Source: Klebsiella phage vB_KM5a1-KLB31. From it: 64,000 bases of DNA. Within the stretch, counting starts at the first letter, position 1; the number at the start of each line of letters is the position of its first letter. The notes under the pieces are model-generated. The model was not told the origin of the DNA and did not search any database. It saw only the letters and a program-made list of their open reading frames with translations. The position numbers and the translations under genes were made by a program. The stretch lies in the sequence record PP582757.1; one strand, 5' to 3'. Shown here one piece after another: positions 59,233-64,000 of the stretch.

Positions 59233-60177
59233 TTAATAGAAATCAGCAACGTGTGCAGTAAGTTTAGACAGGCCACTCTTCACGAAATAAGGATATACAC
59301 GTGATTTGGCCGGTTTGTTATATTCATTATAACGTTTCATGATTAAAGCAACAATATCATCTGGAATCTGGTCCATATCGATGAGGATAATGTTTTCTTT
59401 GAAACGTTTGAACTGTTCTTCAGTCAGAAGTTTTTTAACTTCATCATGGTCATAATAATTCAATGCAATAGCATCCAGTTCACTTTGTTTAGTGGATGGA
59501 GTACGTTCACCATCAATTCGAGTTAACCAGAAGTCACCGCGAACTTTAATTGATGCGACGTTATCTTTCTTATCGCCTTTAACTACTTTAACAACACAAT
59601 CCATAAGCGAATCACCAGATTTGGTTTTAACCCATTTCTTATGCATTGGTGACCATTGTTTTACGCCTGGATATTTGTGAAGCTGTGTGAAGTCACCATC
59701 CGAAGATACGACAACAACAGGATGACCTAATGATGTCAGGTGTTTGACGAGCACAGCAATATGGTCATCGGCCTCAATCTTATCTATGTTCATTACTACA
59801 TGAGGCATATATTTTTCGAGTTCTTCGATAATAATATGCATTGCTTCGAAAAGACCTTCCCAATCGAATGGAGAATCTTCACGATCAACTTTACGGTTCT
59901 TTTTGTAATAATGAGAATAATCACGACGCCAATACCCTGATTTAGAGTTATCAACGCAGATAATCATGTTTGGATAACCTTGTTTCTTGAAGTCCTTCAT
60001 ATTTTTCTTGATGGAGTTCAGAACCAAGTGACGAAGCATTGCAGTAGTTACCTTAGGAAACTTTGCATTTTCACCGAATTCGGTAAAAGCGGCAGCCATG
60101 ATAATTTGGCTGAAGTCCAGAAGGGCGAAGCCTTCCTTTTCCCTGTCTTCTTCAGGGAGTAAAAAATCTAATTCCAT
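59233..60177 (-). CDS. rnh: RNase H / 5'-3' flap exonuclease
   Basis: 314 aa. SGYWRRDYSHYYKKNR, DKIEADDHIAVLVK, VVSSDGDFTQLHKYPGVKQWSPMHKKWVK, and GDKKDNVASIKVRGDFW match T4 RNase H. Confidence 0.9.
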   Translation of the reverse strand: MELDFLLPEEDREKEGFALLDFSQIIMAAAFTEFGENAKFPKVTTAMLRHLVLNSIKKNMKDFKKQGYPNMIICVDNSKSGYWRRDYSHYYKKNRKVDREDSPFDWEGLFEAMHIIIEELEKYMPHVVMNIDKIEADDHIAVLVKHLTSLGHPVVVVSSDGDFTQLHKYPGVKQWSPMHKKWVKTKSGDSLMDCVVKVVKGDKKDNVASIKVRGDFWLTRIDGERTPSTKQSELDAIALNYYDHDEVKKLLTEEQFKRFKENIILIDMDQIPDDIVALIMKRYNEYNKPAKSRVYPYFVKSGLSKLTAHVADFY

Positions 60178-60220
60178 ATGAACCTCTGTTCAATTAGTCA
60201 ACTCAGCTATCTTATCACAT

Positions 60221-60228
60221 TTCTGAGT
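60221..60228 (+). promoter_or_regulatory. Late-promoter-like CATAAATA upstream of gene 34
   Basis: 7 of 8 match to TATAAATA, 44 nt before the gene 34 ATG. Confidence 0.3.
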
Positions 60229-60271
60229 AGCATAAATAATGTTATTACTACCTAACAAAGGGAACACTTCA

Positions 60272-63200
60272 ATGGCCGATCAATTTAAACCTGCATTCCG
60301 TGCCACGTCTGGTCTCGATGCAGCAGGCGAAAAGGTTGTCAACGTTGCCAAAGCCGACTTCGGTACATTAACTGACGGTGTTAACGTTGACTTTTTCATC
60401 GAAGAAAACACTCTTCAACAGTATGATTCGACTCGTGGTTATCGCCAGAACTTCGCAGTTATCTATGATAACCGTGTTTGGGTCTCTAACCAGGATATCC
60501 CTGCACCTGCTGGCGCATTCGCAGAACTTCGTTGGAAAGCAGTTCGTACCGATCCAAAATGGGTCGAAATCAAACAACCTGTTTACCAACTCAAATCAGG
60601 TGATTATGTAACTGTTAACTCAGAACAATCACCGTGCAATATGTCTTTACCATCGTCTCCACAGGATGGCGATACCATCGTTATTAAAGATATCGGTAAT
60701 AATGCCGGTTATAACGAAATGAAAGTACGTGCGACTAACCAATCAATTGTTCGTTTTGGTCAGCAAGTAACTGAAACTCTTTTAACCAAGCCACTGAGCT
60801 ATAATATTCTTATTTTTAGTAATCGTCTGTGGAACTTCTACCAGACTGCTCAGGAAGAACGTGGTATTCGTGTAGAACCTTTAGTAGAATTCAAGGCTCA
60901 AGCCGGTGATTCAATTTTCCGTCGTTATACTTCGGCAAACCCGGTTACTATTCTTCTGCCAAAATACGCTAACCAAGGCGACATCATTAAGTCTGTTGAT
61001 ATTGACGGCTTAGGTCCGATGTACCACCTGATTATTAAATCAAGTGACCCAACCATTGGTATCGATTCTCCTGGTGTTTTACAGAAAGAATATCGTACGA
61101 GTGGTGATGGCCTGCTTACTTATGTTGCAGCCGATCGTGTCTGGAAAACTTGGGACGGTGATATTCGTACACGTCTTCGTATTGTTCGTGATAACGTTAA
61201 GCTTATGCCTAATGAAAGTATCACGGTATTCGGCGACAACAATATGGTTTCTCAGACAATCAATATTGAACTGCCTACTGATGTTTCTATCGGTGACACA
61301 ATCAAGATTGCTCTGAACTATCTTCGTAAACAACAGACTGTTATTCTTAAAACGACTGGTGGTGATAAGATTGCGACTGATATTAAGTTGCTTCAATTCC
61401 CTAAACGTTCTGAATATCCGCCTGATGCTACTTGGGTCACTGTGTCTCAGTTAGAATTTAATGGTGATATTAACTACACCCCGGTAATTGAGTTTAGTTA
61501 TACGGAAGAGGCTGGTGCAGGTGTTTGGATTGTTCAACAGAACGTTCCAACCGTCGAACGTGTCGATTCTAAAGATAATAACACTCGTAAACGTCTTGGT
61601 GTTATCTCACTGGCAAGCCAGACTGAAGCGAACGTTGATTTTGAAAATGCTCCTATTAAAGAATCAGCTATTACTCCTGAAACATTAGCTAATCGCGTGG
61701 CGACCGAGTCTCGTCGTGGTATTGCACGTATTGCTACAACTGCACAAGTTAACCAAGATACTACATTTGCTTTCCAGGACGATTTAATTATCTCTCCTAA
61801 GAAATTAAATGAACGTACTGCTACTGAAACTCGTCGTGGTTTAGCTGAAATTGCAACTCAAACTGAAACCAACCAAGGAACAGATGATAGTACCATTATA
61901 ACGCCGTTGAAGTTGACAGCACGCAAGGCATCTGAAACTTTAACAGGTATCGCTAAGCTGGTATCGACTGTAGGCACCGCACCAGGTGTAGATCGTCCAA
62001 CTCTTGGTACTAACGTGTATAACAGTGCTAATAATATTGATATCGTGACTCCTATGTCATTGTCTCAATTAAAAGGTACTTATACCGAACAGGGTCTTTG
62101 GATTGGTGCAATTGAATCTGAAGTCATCGCTGGTGTAATGAACAACGGTTTCCCGAACGGTGTTGTTACTCCTGAAATGCTTCATAAGAAAACCTCTACT
62201 GATTCTCGTATTGGTCTGATTCAAATTGCTAAACAGACTGAAGTAGATGCCGGTACTGATTACACTAAAGCTGTTACTCCTAAAACTCTGAATGACCGTA
62301 AGGCTTCCGAGACTTTAACGGGTATTGCCGAAATTGCAACCCAGGCGGAGCTAGATGGCGGCACAGATGATGTACGTATTTCTACTCCTTTGAAAATTAA
62401 AACCCACTTCGCTGATACTACGCGTCGTGAAGTGACTGCTGCGTCTGGTCTCGAAGTTACCGGTACGGTATGGGACAAAATAAGTTTCAACATCAAACCT
62501 TCTGCTGAAGCACAACGCGGTACTTCCCGTCTTGCAACACAAGGCGAAGTTGATACTGGCACAGATGATGCGACAATTGTTACACCACTTAAGTTACAGC
62601 GTAAAAAAGCCACTGAAGGTACCGAAGGTATTATTCAGGTTGCTACTCAGGCAGAAGTTATTGCTGGGACTAATGGCTTAAAAGCTGTTCCACCTGTTCA
62701 TTTGAAATATATTGCACAGACGGAAAAAACTTGGGAAGCTACTGCAGCTCGTCGTGGTTTCGTTAAATTAACTGAAAATACCTTGACGTTTAAAGGTGAT
62801 GCAGTTAATGGTTCTGGTCGTTTACTGCCAGATGGAAGTGCAAACCTCCCGGCTCTTGATGGTTTAATGAAAGATGGATTTGCCGTATCTCCATATGAGA
62901 TGAACCGTGCACTTCAGTATTTCTTACCAGCAAATGCTAAAGCTGTTGACACCGATAAATTAGATGGCCTGGATTCACTTCAGTTCATTCGTCGTGATGT
63001 CGACCAATCGGTTGAAGGTAAACTCACTTTAACTAAAGAAACGATCCTGACGGCGCCTCTGACATCCAGCACTTATGCTTCATTCGCTGGTACACTGAGT
63101 GCTAAAGACATCGCAACTGAAGGACCTATTATTATTCTTAATGGTACTAACCGTTGGAATATAAGAGCTCTTAATAACGCGACAACTCTTACTTTTGGTA

Positions 63201-64000
63201 ATACAGCTAACGTACTGACCATTAATAGTGCGACTGGTAACGTTGCTGCTCAGAATAACCTTTCTGCTGGTGCTGAAGTTAGCGCTACCACTAAGTATAA
63301 TCTGAACAGTCGAACTGTTATTGAGACCACAGCAGGAACTCCTAATGCAACATTAGCAGTCGGTGATAATGCTCAAAACCTGGTTCTGAAAACTTTAGAT
63401 GCCGGTAATATCGTTGCAAATGGCGGTGGTGCATATAAAGTATTGACCGAGAAGAATGCTAAAGAAATCGTTGACCGTGACTTCGTCAAGAAAGAAGGCG
63501 ATACGATGGGTGGCAAACTGAACATCAATGCTCCTGTTCTGCCTAAAATCACTGAAGCGCAAGCATTGGCTCCTTTGAATACGAATAACTTCGGTTTCTG
63601 GACTGCGGATATAACAACTCCGACTGAATATCAGAAGCTTCCAGGTTATGCTGTTCCTGTGATGGAAATAATCGATGGTTCTTCAACCGGCCATGTCGAT
63701 CATTATGATTACGTTAAGGCTCCAGGTGTAATGACCGGTACTGGTACTTCATTGACCAGTATGACTCGTACTTGGACTCCACGTCCTCAGTCTATTCAAG
63801 ATAACCATAATGCTAACACCATTTGGATTTCTGTTTGGGACTTGGCTCGTAATAAATGGGGTGAATGGGGACGTGTGTATACGAATCAGGCTCCACCAAC
63901 TGCTGCTGAAATTGGTGCTGTGTCTTCTTCAGGTTCTGCATTTAATAACCTGACTATTCGTGATTGGTTGCAAGTTGGCCAAGTACGTATTGAGCCGGAC
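60272..64000 (+). CDS. 34: Long tail fibre proximal subunit gp34, 3'-truncated by the window edge
   Basis: Open frame from the ATG at 60272 (MADQFKPAFRATSGLDAAGEKVVNVA) to the window end. Collinear with T4 gp34 (LLQFPKRSEYPP, QQNVPTVERVDS, ITPETLANR, ATETRRG repeats). Absent from the ORF track because no stop is reached. Confidence 0.9.
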   Translation, partial: MADQFKPAFRATSGLDAAGEKVVNVAKADFGTLTDGVNVDFFIEENTLQQYDSTRGYRQNFAVIYDNRVWVSNQDIPAPAGAFAELRWKAVRTDPKWVEIKQPVYQLKSGDYVTVNSEQSPCNMSLPSSPQDGDTIVIKDIGNNAGYNEMKVRATNQSIVRFGQQVTETLLTKPLSYNILIFSNRLWNFYQTAQEERGIRVEPLVEFKAQAGDSIFRRYTSANPVTILLPKYANQGDIIKSVDIDGLGPMYHLIIKSSDPTIGIDSPGVLQKEYRTSGDGLLTYVAADRVWKTWDGDIRTRLRIVRDNVKLMPNESITVFGDNNMVSQTINIELPTDVSIGDTIKIALNYLRKQQTVILKTTGGDKIATDIKLLQFPKRSEYPPDATWVTVSQLEFNGDINYTPVIEFSYTEEAGAGVWIVQQNVPTVERVDSKDNNTRKRLGVISLASQTEANVDFENAPIKESAITPETLANRVATESRRGIARIATTAQVNQDTTFAFQDDLIISPKKLNERTATETRRGLAEIATQTETNQGTDDSTIITPLKLTARKASETLTGIAKLVSTVGTAPGVDRPTLGTNVYNSANNIDIVTPMSLSQLKGTYTEQGLWIGAIESEVIAGVMNNGFPNGVVTPEMLHKKTSTDSRIGLIQIAKQTEVDAGTDYTKAVTPKTLNDRKASETLTGIAEIATQAELDGGTDDVRISTPLKIKTHFADTTRREVTAASGLEVTGTVWDKISFNIKPSAEAQRGTSRLATQGEVDTGTDDATIVTPLKLQRKKATEGTEGIIQVATQAEVIAGTNGLKAVPPVHLKYIAQTEKTWEATAARRGFVKLTENTLTFKGDAVNGSGRLLPDGSANLPALDGLMKDGFAVSPYEMNRALQYFLPANAKAVDTDKLDGLDSLQFIRRDVDQSVEGKLTLTKETILTAPLTSSTYASFAGTLSAKDIATEGPIIILNGTNRWNIRALNNATTLTFGNTANVLTINSATGNVAAQNNLSAGAEVSATTKYNLNSRTVIETTAGTPNATLAVGDNAQNLVLKTLDAGNIVANGGGAYKVLTEKNAKEIVDRDFVKKEGDTMGGKLNINAPVLPKITEAQALAPLNTNNFGFWTADITTPTEYQKLPGYAVPVMEIIDGSSTGHVDHYDYVKAPGVMTGTGTSLTSMTRTWTPRPQSIQDNHNANTIWISVWDLARNKWGEWGRVYTNQAPPTAAEIGAVSSSGSAFNNLTIRDWLQVGQVRIEPD

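Overview
This window is a T4-like (Tevenvirinae) myophage genome segment. Orthologues of named T4 genes are recognisable throughout; most calls are by ORF size and synteny, a subset by direct recall of the T4 sequence. Estimated core-protein identity is about 60-80 percent, with about 80 percent for gp23; these are estimates from recall, not computed.

Layout:
- 1-17.5 kb, plus strand: late morphogenesis module 12(partial)-wac-13-14-15-16-17-18-19-20-67-68-21-22-23-24. TATAAATA late promoters and UUCG/GNRA-tetraloop terminator hairpins are visible.
- 17.5-23.4 kb: rnlB, two small ORFs, hoc, inh (minus strand), uvsW and uvsW.1 (plus strand), a small Zn-ribbon ORF absent from the ORF track, and uvsY.
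- 23.4-30.7 kb: baseplate hub genes 25 and 26 (minus) and 51, 27, 28, 29, 48, 54 (plus).
- 30.7-60.2 kb, all minus strand: long early/middle region alt-30-(30.x cluster)-small basic ORF-rIII-31-two ORFs-cd-DAHP synthase-three ORFs-pseT-small ORF-160 aa ORF-o-spanin-i-spanin-165 aa ORF-rnlA-denA-nrdB-two small ORFs-nrdA-two ORFs-td-two ORFs-frd-eleven small ORFs-32-59-33-dsbA-rnh.
- 60.3 kb to the window end, plus strand: 5' part of gene 34 (long tail fibre proximal subunit).

No introns or homing endonucleases interrupt td, nrdB or nrdA. No tRNAs or CRISPR arrays were seen.

Main findings:
- A phage-encoded class-I DAHP synthase inserted between cd and pseT.
- A repeated early-promoter/leader cassette in which the -10 element sits inside short palindromes.
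- A perfect 24-bp inverted repeat next to the gene 32 terminator, and an identical terminator copy elsewhere in the window.
- The spanin pair relocated between pseT and rnlA.
- A roughly 285-nt non-coding, palindrome-rich stretch 3' of rIII.
- A second foldon-like segment inside fibritin.
- Several translationally coupled ATGA gene chains.
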